From positions 1-52,773 of IMG/VR virus record IMGVR_UViG_3300044675_003531: a DNA stretch of 52,773 nucleotides, one strand, 5' to 3'. Shown piece after piece: positions 37,139 through 46,914 of this stretch; position 1 is the first letter of the stretch; the number at the start of each line of letters is the position of its first letter. The notes under the pieces were generated by a model. That model was not told the origin of the DNA. It made no database searches and saw only the letters and a program-made list of their open reading frames with translations. The DNA is from a virus. Its lineage: Duplodnaviria > Caudoviricetes. Both the position numbers and the translations under genes were made by a program.

Positions 37139-37411
37139 ATGGCCGGTCATACTACTGGCGTGGGCGTAATCAAAAAATACCAAAACCCTAAAGGTGGTTT
37201 GAATGCTGCTGGAAGAGCGCACTTCAAACGTACTGAAGGTAACAACCTAAAGCCGCCTGCCCCTAATCCGAAGACAAAAGCGGATGCTGGCAGGCGTGCG
37301 TCGTTTTGTGCCCGGATGTCTGGGATGAAGTCTAAACTAACCTCGGCCAAAACAGCCAATGACCCTAATAGCCGCATCAATAAATCGCTGCGTGCATGGA
37401 ACTGCAACTGA
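37139..37411 (+). CDS. Basic conserved phage protein (DUF6321-like)
   Basis: NPKGGLNAAGRA...RRASFCARM...DPNSRINKSLRAWNC. Confidence 0.75.
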   Translation: MAGHTTGVGVIKKYQNPKGGLNAAGRAHFKRTEGNNLKPPAPNPKTKADAGRRASFCARMSGMKSKLTSAKTANDPNSRINKSLRAWNCN

Positions 37412-37905
37412 TGGCCAAACCGCCTGTTAAAAAACGTGAGCCAACTCTCCGTGAGTTACTTGAACGTGATGCTAGAAATCCGTTGCGTACCATTGGTATT
37501 AACGACAATTTTAATGACACACCTGTAGGAAATGCAATGGGCAATATTCAAGATGAATTAACCGCAAACGCATTACTGGCTCGCGCAAAACAAGGTTACA
37601 ACGATTTCCAAAAACGGCAAGTTCCATTAGGTCCACCAAGTGAATACAATCCGAATACTCCTGCCCCAAAACCCATAAGTACAACTGCACCAAAACTACT
37701 GTTTGACATTCTGACTATGGCTGGTCCAGCAGGACAGCGAAAAGATACTGAAGAAGCCATTGTGCGACAGTATGAAAACAAAAAAATGAAAGATAGACAG
37801 CGTGCTGGGTTTATAAATCAAGTTGGGCAAGGTTTTGCGCCACGACCAGAAATGGGAAGGCTTAGGGATTTACTAGGTGTGACAAATAAGAAAGTAGGTA
37901 AATAA
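37411..37905 (+). CDS. Hypothetical protein
   Basis: TGATG translational coupling. Confidence 0.6.
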   Translation: MAKPPVKKREPTLRELLERDARNPLRTIGINDNFNDTPVGNAMGNIQDELTANALLARAKQGYNDFQKRQVPLGPPSEYNPNTPAPKPISTTAPKLLFDILTMAGPAGQRKDTEEAIVRQYENKKMKDRQRAGFINQVGQGFAPRPEMGRLRDLLGVTNKKVGK

Positions 37906-38387
37906 TGGCAAAGAAACGTGATGTTGGAATGGCTGGCTCTTCTGGATATGACAGCGAGTTCTATACGACTGATATGCAAGGCAATCCGGTAAGAAATGAC
38001 CGGACTATGCGTCTTCAAGGCATGGACCCAATGAAGCGCATTGCTGATTCTCAGCGACAAGAATCTCGCATGGAAACCATGATGGACAACGGAGTTCCCG
38101 TCAGTACTCGTGATAGAGCAAGGGCACTGGCGACTCGTGCATCAATGAATGAAAAACGCGGCACATATAGTGAAAGCAAATTGCAAGACACGATTGAACG
38201 AGACGATAATAAACGTATTGATTCAGCCATGAAACGTGGTGAGCAACAAGCCGAGACTATTGCAACACAGGCACGTAAAGCCTATGTAAAAAAACAAGTT
38301 GGTGATAACTCATTCAAGCCATTTACCAAAACCGCGCCTACTCTGTCTAAGCAGATTATGGCAGCGAACGCAAAGAAGAAACGGTAA
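37905..38387 (+). CDS. Hypothetical basic protein
   Basis: TAATG translational coupling. Confidence 0.6.
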   Translation: MAKKRDVGMAGSSGYDSEFYTTDMQGNPVRNDRTMRLQGMDPMKRIADSQRQESRMETMMDNGVPVSTRDRARALATRASMNEKRGTYSESKLQDTIERDDNKRIDSAMKRGEQQAETIATQARKAYVKKQVGDNSFKPFTKTAPTLSKQIMAANAKKKR

Positions 38388-38401
38388 CAGGTACATACGC
38401 C

Positions 38402-38710
38402 ATGATGGGTAGTATGAATAAGCATATTAACTCGCTTTCAAACCGTGACTTGTTTGCATTGGAAAAAGGCGAGCATAATCTTAAGCGTACTCCGTCGCTT
38501 GGGCAACTTCTCCGCAACGAGATGCAAGAACACAACTTGAAGAAACAGCCAACGTTAGCCCAAGTCAAAAAAGCCGAAGCCAAAGAACACGCTGAAGATG
38601 ATAAAAACGAGTATGAGAGCGACGACGAAAGCATGGGCGACCTTGTAATCGAAGGCACATCTCGTAATCGACGTGCAGCAACTGCGGTGTATGGAAAGAA
38701 AGGAAAGTAA
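38402..38710 (+). CDS. Hypothetical protein with an internal EHNLKxxPxL repeat
   Basis: EHNLKRTPSLGQ / EHNLKKQPTLAQ. Confidence 0.6.
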   Translation: MMGSMNKHINSLSNRDLFALEKGEHNLKRTPSLGQLLRNEMQEHNLKKQPTLAQVKKAEAKEHAEDDKNEYESDDESMGDLVIEGTSRNRRAATAVYGKKGK

Positions 38711-38712
38711 TC

Positions 38713-38880
38713 ATGCCAATGGGAATGCCTTACCCGAAAGGGGATATGGCTATGCAAAAAGGGAAGAAGATGTCTATGTCCGAGATGATGGGCGTAGAGA
38801 AGAAAATGTCTGGGCCTGAAATGCAAATGAAGGCAAAGGGCAAGGGCAAGAAGTTGCCTCCATTCATGAAGAAGAAGTAA
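38713..38880 (+). CDS. 55-aa Met/Lys-rich protein (not in the ORF track)
   Basis: MPMGMPYPKGDMAMQKGKKMSMSEMMGVEKKMSGPEMQMKAKGKGKKLPPFMKKK; fills the gap exactly; AAGGA RBS. Confidence 0.6.
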   Translation: MPMGMPYPKGDMAMQKGKKMSMSEMMGVEKKMSGPEMQMKAKGKGKKLPPFMKKK

Positions 38881-39080
38881 TGCCAAAAGAACCAACGCAG
38901 AATACTCCTCAAGGAGAACAACGGGCTGTGCCGTTTAGGCAGTTCGGTCGTATTCTTCAGGCGAACAATGCGTTACGTCAAATGCACAGCCCATATCGAG
39001 TTGGGAATCTAATGAATCCTGCATTGATGCAGAGTCGCTGGGACCAGAGTAATCTGAAAGACGCTTCTGAATCAGAGTAG
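38880..39080 (+). CDS. Hypothetical protein
   Basis: TAATG coupling, but it overlaps an antisense gene. Confidence 0.4.
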   Translation: MPKEPTQNTPQGEQRAVPFRQFGRILQANNALRQMHSPYRVGNLMNPALMQSRWDQSNLKDASESE

Positions 39081-39318
39081 TAACATCATCAGCCAACTCC
39101 CTAGCCTCAGAGTGGGACAATGTACGCCGACCCGATTCGTATGTCAGATACCAAGTAGCCTTGCTAAGGTCTTTGACATACGACTCGGTTGTTTTTTTAC
39201 CAGCACGCTGTAGGTACTTTAAAGCAAATCCAATAGCCAGCGATACATCCCAATGTTGTGCTACCCACAACGCATCGTGTACTGTTGCACGGTAATGGTT
39301 GTATAGTTGATTATTCAT
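38935..39318 (-). CDS. DUF3310/SaV-like protein
   Basis: NHY...GFALKYLQRAGKK...KDLSKATWYL. Confidence 0.75.
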   Translation of the reverse strand: MNNQLYNHYRATVHDALWVAQHWDVSLAIGFALKYLQRAGKKTTESYVKDLSKATWYLTYESGRRTLSHSEARELADDVTTLIQKRLSDYSGPSDSASMQDSLDSQLDMGCAFDVTHCSPEEYDRTA

Positions 39319-39334
39319 CGCCACATAATAGCAT

Positions 39335-40096
39335 ATGGAAGAATCTGAAGAACGATTTGGTTTGACACAAACGGGCGGCCTCGCTAGGCTATGCCATGCC
39401 AATCTAAACGGTAAAGACTGTGGTCGGTTTGCATTAAAAGGTCGTAATTTTTGTGCGCGTCATGGAGGTCGAACACCATTGGGTCCAGACAATCATTCAT
39501 TCACAACCGGGCTTGAATCAGTAAACCGCAAACGGTTTGCTGGTATTGGCAAGCAGTTGTTGAATCGTCTGGATGAGTTACGTGATGACCCACAACTGTT
39601 CTCCCTAAAGGATGATGCTGCATACATTACGGCTCTTATTGACCGGCGTGCTGAAGCCGCAGAAGAAGGGCTAAGTGTTGAAACGCTCAACCAACTGCGT
39701 AGCCTATACCGCGAATGCGCCAGTGCGTTAGAAGATGGCAAGACACAAGACTTTGACAAAGCGTTTGAACAGTTAGGTGGAATCATTAGGCAAGGCATCT
39801 CGGATGCAAAAGCAACAGATGAGGTTCTGCACCTTATTGAAAAGCGCGTTGATATTATTGAGGCTGAACAACGCATGACACAGGTCAAGGCGTACACGCT
39901 AGAAGTAGACCAAGCGTACGCTCTGATACAGCAAGTACTGAAAGTGGTTGTTGATTCTGTTCAGGATGTGAACTCACTGCACGCAATCCGAACCGGGGTA
40001 CAACGCATTCTGCGCGTATACCGTAACGTGGAAGACATTATAGATGTGGAGGTAGTCGATGAAGAAAGTTCAACTGAATACCAAAACGCCACGTAA
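39335..40096 (+). CDS. terS: Terminase small subunit (HGGxT-motif type)
   Basis: C...C...CARHGGRTPLG motif and helical body, directly upstream of TerL. Confidence 0.7.
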   Translation: MEESEERFGLTQTGGLARLCHANLNGKDCGRFALKGRNFCARHGGRTPLGPDNHSFTTGLESVNRKRFAGIGKQLLNRLDELRDDPQLFSLKDDAAYITALIDRRAEAAEEGLSVETLNQLRSLYRECASALEDGKTQDFDKAFEQLGGIIRQGISDAKATDEVLHLIEKRVDIIEAEQRMTQVKAYTLEVDQAYALIQQVLKVVVDSVQDVNSLHAIRTGVQRILRVYRNVEDIIDVEVVDEESSTEYQNAT

Positions 40097-41789
40097 CATG
40101 AAGAAGTTTGTCCGCCCTGACAAGGGGTTGGACATTGCACTGCTTGAGATGTTGGACCAGCAACTTGGTGAACACATTGAGAGTGGTGACTTTAGTAGTT
40201 CCGGTGCTTTCCCTATCGATGGGAGTGAACTCCAATATGAGTCGTGGTTACGCGCTTATGTGTCGAATGCTACATCATCTCCTCTGGCTGAACATCATAA
40301 ACGAGCATGGGAATGGGCAGAAGGAATTGTTGAAGGTAATCCTCCGCCTGCATTGATTGAGTGCTGGTTCCGAGGTGGCGGCAAGTCCACAACAATGGAA
40401 CTCATTGCTAGTCGCATCGCGGTTAAAGCGTCAAGACGTTTTCTCCTCTACGTCTGTGCTACTCAAGATGCTGCCAACCGTCACGTACAAGACATCGCAT
40501 CAACAATGGAACGATGCGGGATTGAACGTGCTGTCAATAAATATGGATTCAGTAAGGGTTGGAACGCAAGCAAACTGAGAACGTCCAATGGGTTTAACGT
40601 CTTAGCCTTTGGACTTGATACCGGCGCACGCGGTGTAAAACTTGATTACCTTCGTCCTGACTTCATCATCTTTGACGACATCGATGAATTAGATGACAGT
40701 GTCACACGCGTTGACAAAAAGATTGCGACAATCACGCAGACTATTCTCCCAGCAAAGTCTACCGATTGTGCGATTGTATTTGTCCAGAACCGTATCCACG
40801 CTAACTCTGTTATGTCCAAGGTATTGAGCGGTGAAGTAGATATGCTTCAGCACCGTGTGCAATCACCTATCGTGCCTGCGGTTGAGAACCTCACATATAC
40901 AACAGAGGAAAAAGAAGACGGACGCATTGGCTACAAGATTACAGGTGGCACTCCTACATGGAGCCACAAGTCAATGACAATCTGCCAACGTGAGATAGAT
41001 GACTATGGACTCATCTCATTTCTGCGAGAGTGCCAACACGAAGTTGGTGTCGGTGGATTGTTCTTCCCTGACTTCAAAGAGTGGGGTCCAGATGGAGAAC
41101 CATGGCACGTTGTAGATGCTGTTCATGTGCAACCGTGGTGGCGTGTCTGGGCAAGCCATGACTTTGGTATTGGTGCGCCTTGTGCCTTCATTCTGTATGC
41201 CTCGGATGACAAGGAGAACATCTATGCTCTGGCAGAGATTTACGAAAAAGGTCATGTGTCAAGTTCACAGGTCCAACTGGTACTGGACCTTTTACAATCT
41301 CGTGGCATGGCAGAGCCGACGAGCAAAACAAACCGACTAGGTAAATGGCAAACCAGATTAGAGGCAATTGCTTTTGACTACGCCAACACATTCCCGCCTG
41401 AAAATTATGCGCAGCGAATTGGTGAATACCCTGTTGAGGTGTGGTGGGAGCGTGGGTTGCCTGCTGTACGTGCGGTGAAAGACCGTAAGGCTGGATGGCG
41501 ACGCATCAAAGAACATTTGTGCGCAACCTATATGCACGATGGAAAACCTGTCCCGAAACTACGCATAACGCGTAACTGCCCAAACCTTATCAAAGAATTA
41601 AGCAGGACAATGGCCGACCCAAAAGACCCGGAAGAAATTGACCACGGCACAAAACATGACCACGCTATAGACTCATTTCGATACGGAATGATGTGGCGTG
41701 AATACCCCGTGGCTTGTCCTGAAATTGATGCAAGTCGAGCAAAGCGGCCGTCGTGGCTAAATGAAGATAGGAAGCGCGAATGGATATAA
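40059..41789 (+). CDS. terL: Terminase large subunit
   Basis: Walker A WFRGGGKST, Walker B FIIFDDIDE, nuclease motifs SHDFG and DHAIDSFRY. Confidence 0.95.
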   Translation: MKKVQLNTKTPRNMKKFVRPDKGLDIALLEMLDQQLGEHIESGDFSSSGAFPIDGSELQYESWLRAYVSNATSSPLAEHHKRAWEWAEGIVEGNPPPALIECWFRGGGKSTTMELIASRIAVKASRRFLLYVCATQDAANRHVQDIASTMERCGIERAVNKYGFSKGWNASKLRTSNGFNVLAFGLDTGARGVKLDYLRPDFIIFDDIDELDDSVTRVDKKIATITQTILPAKSTDCAIVFVQNRIHANSVMSKVLSGEVDMLQHRVQSPIVPAVENLTYTTEEKEDGRIGYKITGGTPTWSHKSMTICQREIDDYGLISFLRECQHEVGVGGLFFPDFKEWGPDGEPWHVVDAVHVQPWWRVWASHDFGIGAPCAFILYASDDKENIYALAEIYEKGHVSSSQVQLVLDLLQSRGMAEPTSKTNRLGKWQTRLEAIAFDYANTFPPENYAQRIGEYPVEVWWERGLPAVRAVKDRKAGWRRIKEHLCATYMHDGKPVPKLRITRNCPNLIKELSRTMADPKDPEEIDHGTKHDHAIDSFRYGMMWREYPVACPEIDASRAKRPSWLNEDRKREWI

Positions 41790-41926
41790 AATTATTTGTC
41801 TGGGCATTGTTGATATACATCGCGTTTTCTTCCATGGGGATATATTCAGTTTATTGTGTCTGGACAGAATTACGCAGGTTAACTGGTCCTAAAAAACCAA
41901 CTAAGTCGAAACAGGAATACATCTAA
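41780..41926 (+). CDS. 48-aa single-TM protein (not in the ORF track)
   Basis: MDIKLFVWALLIYIAFSSMGIYSVYCVWTELRRLTGPKKPTKSKQEYI; fills the terL-portal gap with TAATG coupling. Confidence 0.55.
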   Translation: MDIKLFVWALLIYIAFSSMGIYSVYCVWTELRRLTGPKKPTKSKQEYI

Positions 41927-44112
41927 TGGCGATTGGCGATATCCTCGGCGAACTGGCCCGCAAGATGCAGCCAGAAGCACGAATGACGGCTCTGAAGAAA
42001 CCAAACAATTCTGGTACACCGGGCAGTTTTAAAGATGGTGATTACCGACTACGGAACCCAGAAGACCTTACTCTAGACCATGGTCGTCAAGATTGGGACA
42101 AAGAACCTAACCTTGATGAAGGTGAAAAAAAGCGCATCTATATGTTTGTGCGTGATGCGTTTCAGAGCGCATATGCAGCACGGCAAGAGATGGAACTTGA
42201 ATGGGCGTTGGCTACGTCATTTTTTGAAGGTCGTCAGTGGATTCGCATTGCATCTCAAACGCGTAACCTTATTCAACTGCAAAATACTGATGAGCCAAAT
42301 CGATATGTCACAGTGCAAAAGATGCGACCGCTCATTGATGGAGTTGTTGGCAAACTAACGCAGGTTTCTCCCGATGCGTACGCAATACCATTATCAGATA
42401 CAGAAACAGACCGGTTTGCATCTGACGAGGCAAACATCATCTGTAATCACTTTAATCGAAAGTTTAAACGTGAGACACAGTTGAAAGAGCGTGTGCGTTG
42501 GGCTTGTGTCTGTGGCACGTCTTATCTAAAAGTCTATTGGGATGCTAAAGGTATTCAGACCGTCCCGTACTTTGACCCTATGACGGGTGAGATTGCTGGT
42601 TATGAACAGATGGAAGTTGGCGATGTCCGTGAGGAAATCTTGCCTGCTTTTGATATCTACATTGACCCTACGGCTAAACGTGATGAAGATATCCGGTACA
42701 TGATTCACGCAAGTGTGCGGCCTATGTCGTGGTTTGTAGACAACTATGGTGAAGCCGGGCGCAAGGTTACAGCGGATGCTTTGTCAGGTCAGAATTCATC
42801 GTATGTAGATGCATACCTTGAAGGTGGCAATGGAAGTGGCAACGGCTGGGTGCCAGCCAGTAGCGCAAGACTTGGTCAAGCCGAGAGCCGTAAACACGCA
42901 GCGGTTCTGTATGAATACTGGGAAAAACCAAATGCCCAATATCCAGAAGGCAGATACATAGTCAGCACTAACTCTGCATTGTTGTACGCCGGTGATTGGC
43001 CATACGAAAAGAAGGATACATTCCCATTCATTCCTATCCGTTGGCAACCAAGGTCGGGAACCACGTATGGATACTCACTTGGATTTGACCTGTGCCCATT
43101 GCAGTTGACTTATAACCGCATTTACAGCCGTATGGTAGAGCAGTTTGAAGGTCAAAAAGACTATGTGATGATTCAAAAGTTGAGTGGCATCGGAGCCGAT
43201 GCATTCAACAATATGAGTGATTCGGTTGATGAAGCCGACCGCATATATCGAAAGATTTACTACAACCAAGCAACGCAACCGCCAATCATTCAAAGGGCAC
43301 CGGGCATTGGTCAGGACCTATTCCCGATGTTACAGATGCTTGAAAAAGACATGATGGACATTGCTGGATTGCATGACGTGTCTCAAGGTATGGCTCAAGC
43401 AGGAACGCCTGCCGAATCAGTACGTTTGCTGCAACGCGCAGATAACACCCAACACTCTTTTATTCGAGCAGACATGGAAATCAGCAATGCTCATATTAAA
43501 GAGTGGGAAGTTGCGTTGGTAGCGCAGTTTGGCGTTGCCCCATTTATTGGTCAGATGGAAGAAAAACAATCGCCTGCTGATGAGTTGCGGACCGGATTGA
43601 TTACGTTTGACCATATCCGTCAAGGTGGTCAGTATCGTATTGAGTACGTTCCGGGTTCTGCGCAAGAAGATTCACCAGACCAGAAGTTGCAGAAACTTAT
43701 GGCGTTTAGGCAGATGGGATTGTTTGGTGACCCAGCAGACCCAGAAACCAATATGCTTGTTGTAAGGATGCTGAAACTACCAGAGACCTCGTTGATTATG
43801 GAACACCTTGCTTCACAGAATCAAAAGGTCCAAGAAATGCAGCAGTTTGCTATGGAGCAACAGCAGGCACAAAACCAACCACCGGCATCGACGTTCGACC
43901 CAGAAGCCGAACAGATGAAGTCACAACTTGACATCGAGAAGATAAAGGCCCAACAGGGAGCAAAGATGGAAGCCGATATCGTCAAGATGCGAGAACGCAG
44001 TCGCCTCCTCCAAGAGAACGACGCATCCAAGTCTATGGTGAAACTGTCTGAAGAAACCCTTCGACAGAATATTTTGCCATCAGACCAGCCAAATAGTGGC
44101 AAAACAAGATAG
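41926..44112 (+). CDS. Portal protein (P22-like)
   Basis: 728 aa after TerL; FFEGRQW, CGTSYLKVYWD, DIYIDP, FPFIP; Q-rich C-terminal coiled coil. Confidence 0.9.
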   Translation: MAIGDILGELARKMQPEARMTALKKPNNSGTPGSFKDGDYRLRNPEDLTLDHGRQDWDKEPNLDEGEKKRIYMFVRDAFQSAYAARQEMELEWALATSFFEGRQWIRIASQTRNLIQLQNTDEPNRYVTVQKMRPLIDGVVGKLTQVSPDAYAIPLSDTETDRFASDEANIICNHFNRKFKRETQLKERVRWACVCGTSYLKVYWDAKGIQTVPYFDPMTGEIAGYEQMEVGDVREEILPAFDIYIDPTAKRDEDIRYMIHASVRPMSWFVDNYGEAGRKVTADALSGQNSSYVDAYLEGGNGSGNGWVPASSARLGQAESRKHAAVLYEYWEKPNAQYPEGRYIVSTNSALLYAGDWPYEKKDTFPFIPIRWQPRSGTTYGYSLGFDLCPLQLTYNRIYSRMVEQFEGQKDYVMIQKLSGIGADAFNNMSDSVDEADRIYRKIYYNQATQPPIIQRAPGIGQDLFPMLQMLEKDMMDIAGLHDVSQGMAQAGTPAESVRLLQRADNTQHSFIRADMEISNAHIKEWEVALVAQFGVAPFIGQMEEKQSPADELRTGLITFDHIRQGGQYRIEYVPGSAQEDSPDQKLQKLMAFRQMGLFGDPADPETNMLVVRMLKLPETSLIMEHLASQNQKVQEMQQFAMEQQQAQNQPPASTFDPEAEQMKSQLDIEKIKAQQGAKMEADIVKMRERSRLLQENDASKSMVKLSEETLRQNILPSDQPNSGKTR

Positions 44113-44130
44113 TAGGGAGCAATAATCAAA

Positions 44131-44970
44131 ATGTCAGAAGAGATGGCGATACAGACACCGGCCTCGCCGAACGGTGCTTTGGACACAGCGGGCACTTCCA
44201 GTGCAATTATGGGTATGGTCCGGGATATCGTCGAACCCGGAACAGGTGGACAAGACGTAAACAACAGTCCCACACCCGAGTCATATGACGTATATGACTT
44301 ATTGGGAGTTGAAAAAACTTCCGTCACCGACCAAGGTGAACCCGGCCCTGTACCTTATGACAGGTTCAAAGAAGTCAATCAAAAAGCAAATGATGCAAGC
44401 AGTAGGTTAAATCGTTGGAACGATGTAATCTCCGAGTTTGAATCAAATGGTTATAATTCAGCACAAGACCTCCAAGCAGCGATGCGGCAGCGAGAAGTGC
44501 AGTCTCAAGAAGATGCGATTGTAAGTCGTTATCGAGACCTTGAAGCAAATGACCTGATTGACCCTACGACCAGTCAGTTGCAGTTGCAAGCGGAGTTGGA
44601 AAGATTCCGATACCAGCAAGCAATGCAACAAGTGTCTCAGTACATGGTTGGTCAACAGAAGCACAATGCTTTTGCCCAGTATCCACTGGCGCGTAAGAAC
44701 GAAGCGTTTGTAGACCAACTTATTCAACGAGGCATGGACGCACAGGAAGCGGCTTCTCTTGTTCATTCGCAAGTTGAGCAACTCACAAAATCGTTGGCTC
44801 CTGAACTGCTTGCTAGGCTTCAATCTGGTCGTACCGCTCCTACACCAAGTGGAACCGCACAAACAGTTAATCAACCAACGGCTCCAACAAACAATCGGGC
44901 TACTGGAAACGGTGGTCGTTCTGCCCTAAGCCAACTGCTGGGGATTACTCGTAGTCGTAACAACATCTAA
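44131..44970 (+). CDS. Capsid scaffolding protein
   Basis: VPYDRFKEVN motif and coiled coil, between portal and capsid genes. Confidence 0.75.
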   Translation: MSEEMAIQTPASPNGALDTAGTSSAIMGMVRDIVEPGTGGQDVNNSPTPESYDVYDLLGVEKTSVTDQGEPGPVPYDRFKEVNQKANDASSRLNRWNDVISEFESNGYNSAQDLQAAMRQREVQSQEDAIVSRYRDLEANDLIDPTTSQLQLQAELERFRYQQAMQQVSQYMVGQQKHNAFAQYPLARKNEAFVDQLIQRGMDAQEAASLVHSQVEQLTKSLAPELLARLQSGRTAPTPSGTAQTVNQPTAPTNNRATGNGGRSALSQLLGITRSRNNI

Positions 44971-44981
44971 GGTGAAAAACA

Positions 44982-46010
44982 ATGGCAATTGATTTCAATG
45001 GTGCTTTAACGCTGGCAGACCATGCCGCACTTAGCAATGACCCTCTCGTCAAAGAGATTACAAAATCTCTTCATCAGACTTGGAATGCCCTTAAGGACAT
45101 CCCACTCTTTACCAGCCCTTCGCTCAAGCAGGTTGGTATGCGCTACCTCAACCAAGGTATTCCTGCTCCTAACTGGACCGGTGTAAACTCCGAGCCTGTA
45201 GCAGTCAAAGGAAAGCCAAAGTCTTACGAAGAGTCTCTGTATCTTGTTCGTAACAAGATTCTGGTTGACCATGTTCTGCTTGACCAGCCTACGAACATCA
45301 TTGACCCAATTGAAGCACAGGTACAAATCTTCCTCGAAGGTTTTGCGTATGACTTTAATGACAAGTTCATTAACAATGACCCGTCTTCGGTGTCCGCAGG
45401 CAACACCGCAGACTGTTTCCCGGGTCTCGCCTACCGCATGAACAACACGTCGGACTATGACATTCCTACTGAAATGGACTTGGCACTTACTGGTGGCTCG
45501 GCTGACCTGTATACCAATACCTCCACAACAGGCAACAACTTTATCTTCAAGTTGCAGGAAATGCTTGACAACATGAACGCGCCAGACGGCGACGGTGTCG
45601 TCTTGTACATGAACGAAGCAACTAAACGTCGTATCGAACTCAATATCCGTGTCATGGGTATTGGTGCTGGTTTCGACATGACACAGGACAACTATCAACG
45701 TCCTGTTGAGAAGTACAAGAATGCAACCGTGCGTACTGTTGGACGTAAGTCTGATGGAACAACCCACATCATTCCTGACAACCTTAACAACGGTGTTGCT
45801 GGTGACGCTGGTAAGTGTTCACACATCTATGCTGTTCGTTACGGCACGGGTTATGTACAGGGTTGGCAGAGCGGTCCATTCAAGCCACAGTATCTTGGCC
45901 TGTCCAAGGAAAATGGCATTATGCACAATGTCGTATTCGACTGGGGTGTAGGACTTTGGGTTCCACACGTCCGTGCAATCGGCCGCATGAAGGTTCGCGT
46001 CTCCGCATAA
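44982..46010 (+). CDS. Major capsid protein (HK97 fold, BPP-1-like)
   Basis: 342 aa; FINND...FPGL..R, SHIYAVRYG, WGVGLWVPHVRAIGRM; position after the scaffold. Confidence 0.85.
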   Translation: MAIDFNGALTLADHAALSNDPLVKEITKSLHQTWNALKDIPLFTSPSLKQVGMRYLNQGIPAPNWTGVNSEPVAVKGKPKSYEESLYLVRNKILVDHVLLDQPTNIIDPIEAQVQIFLEGFAYDFNDKFINNDPSSVSAGNTADCFPGLAYRMNNTSDYDIPTEMDLALTGGSADLYTNTSTTGNNFIFKLQEMLDNMNAPDGDGVVLYMNEATKRRIELNIRVMGIGAGFDMTQDNYQRPVEKYKNATVRTVGRKSDGTTHIIPDNLNNGVAGDAGKCSHIYAVRYGTGYVQGWQSGPFKPQYLGLSKENGIMHNVVFDWGVGLWVPHVRAIGRMKVRVSA

Positions 46011-46028
46011 TAAGAAAGGAGAGCAACA

Positions 46029-46865
46029 ATGGCTCGAGATAGTAAACAAGTTTTTAAGTTTGCCCAGCAAACATATGCTGCGGCTAACCTCCTCACGGTC
46101 AATAACTACGCAATGGGTACAACACTGTCCACTGGCGCAGCGTTTATCCAAACTACTCTTGGTACTGCAAGTCATTATTATCAAGGCGTATCCAACACAA
46201 TCAACCGTGGTGGATTCCGTGATACTAATGCCGACCAGAGCATTATTGTCAGTGGTGAAACATCAGCAATTGCAAACGACCCTGCACTGTTTGGTAATAC
46301 CAATGGTGCAGAGCGTTATGTACACGCTGTTATCCAGACCTACGGTGTAATGTCTACAAGTAACTTTGAGTTACTGTTGCAAGGTGCATCTGATACTGGC
46401 GTTGGCGCAGCAGGTACAGACTGGACTCAGATTAGCGGTTCTGTGGGATGTGTTTCACAGGTTGCTAATACCGTGCTTTCTACATCAACCATGACTGCTG
46501 GAACACTTACGAGTGTTGCTGCTCACGGCTTGAGTGTTGGTGATGTAATCCTTGCAACAACAGCAGGAACAGGCTTTGCTGCATACCAGCCTCTGATTGT
46601 AGTAGCAGTAACGGCACTAACGGCTGACCTGTCACTCGTTGCTGGTGGTGTAAAGAATACAGCACTTAGTGGTTCAAGTATTACTTACTTGCGTCCTACA
46701 GTCCGTCGTGTTGTAAGTGTGCCAATCGGTCCAAGTGCAAAACCTTGGGTGCGTGTTATGGTACGTGCTACAGCACCTCCTGCTGGACAGGTTCCTCTCA
46801 ATACTGGAGTCTTTGTTGACCAAGTCTACTTGACTATGGGTCGTGACACTGCCGCAGTAGGTTAG
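46029..46865 (+). CDS. Putative capsid cement/decoration protein 1
   Basis: Follows the MCP; beta-rich; begins MARD and has PWVR near the C-terminus. Confidence 0.55.
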   Translation: MARDSKQVFKFAQQTYAAANLLTVNNYAMGTTLSTGAAFIQTTLGTASHYYQGVSNTINRGGFRDTNADQSIIVSGETSAIANDPALFGNTNGAERYVHAVIQTYGVMSTSNFELLLQGASDTGVGAAGTDWTQISGSVGCVSQVANTVLSTSTMTAGTLTSVAAHGLSVGDVILATTAGTGFAAYQPLIVVAVTALTADLSLVAGGVKNTALSGSSITYLRPTVRRVVSVPIGPSAKPWVRVMVRATAPPAGQVPLNTGVFVDQVYLTMGRDTAAVG

Positions 46866-46877
46866 TCGATTAATGTG

Positions 46878-46904
46878 AGGGGAGGTGGAAACATCTCCCC
46901 TTAT
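46878..46904 (+). terminator. Hairpin / weak terminator
   Basis: AGGGGAGGTG-GAAA-CATCTCCCCT with a short T tail. Confidence 0.5.
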
Positions 46905-46914
46905 GGAGAAATGA

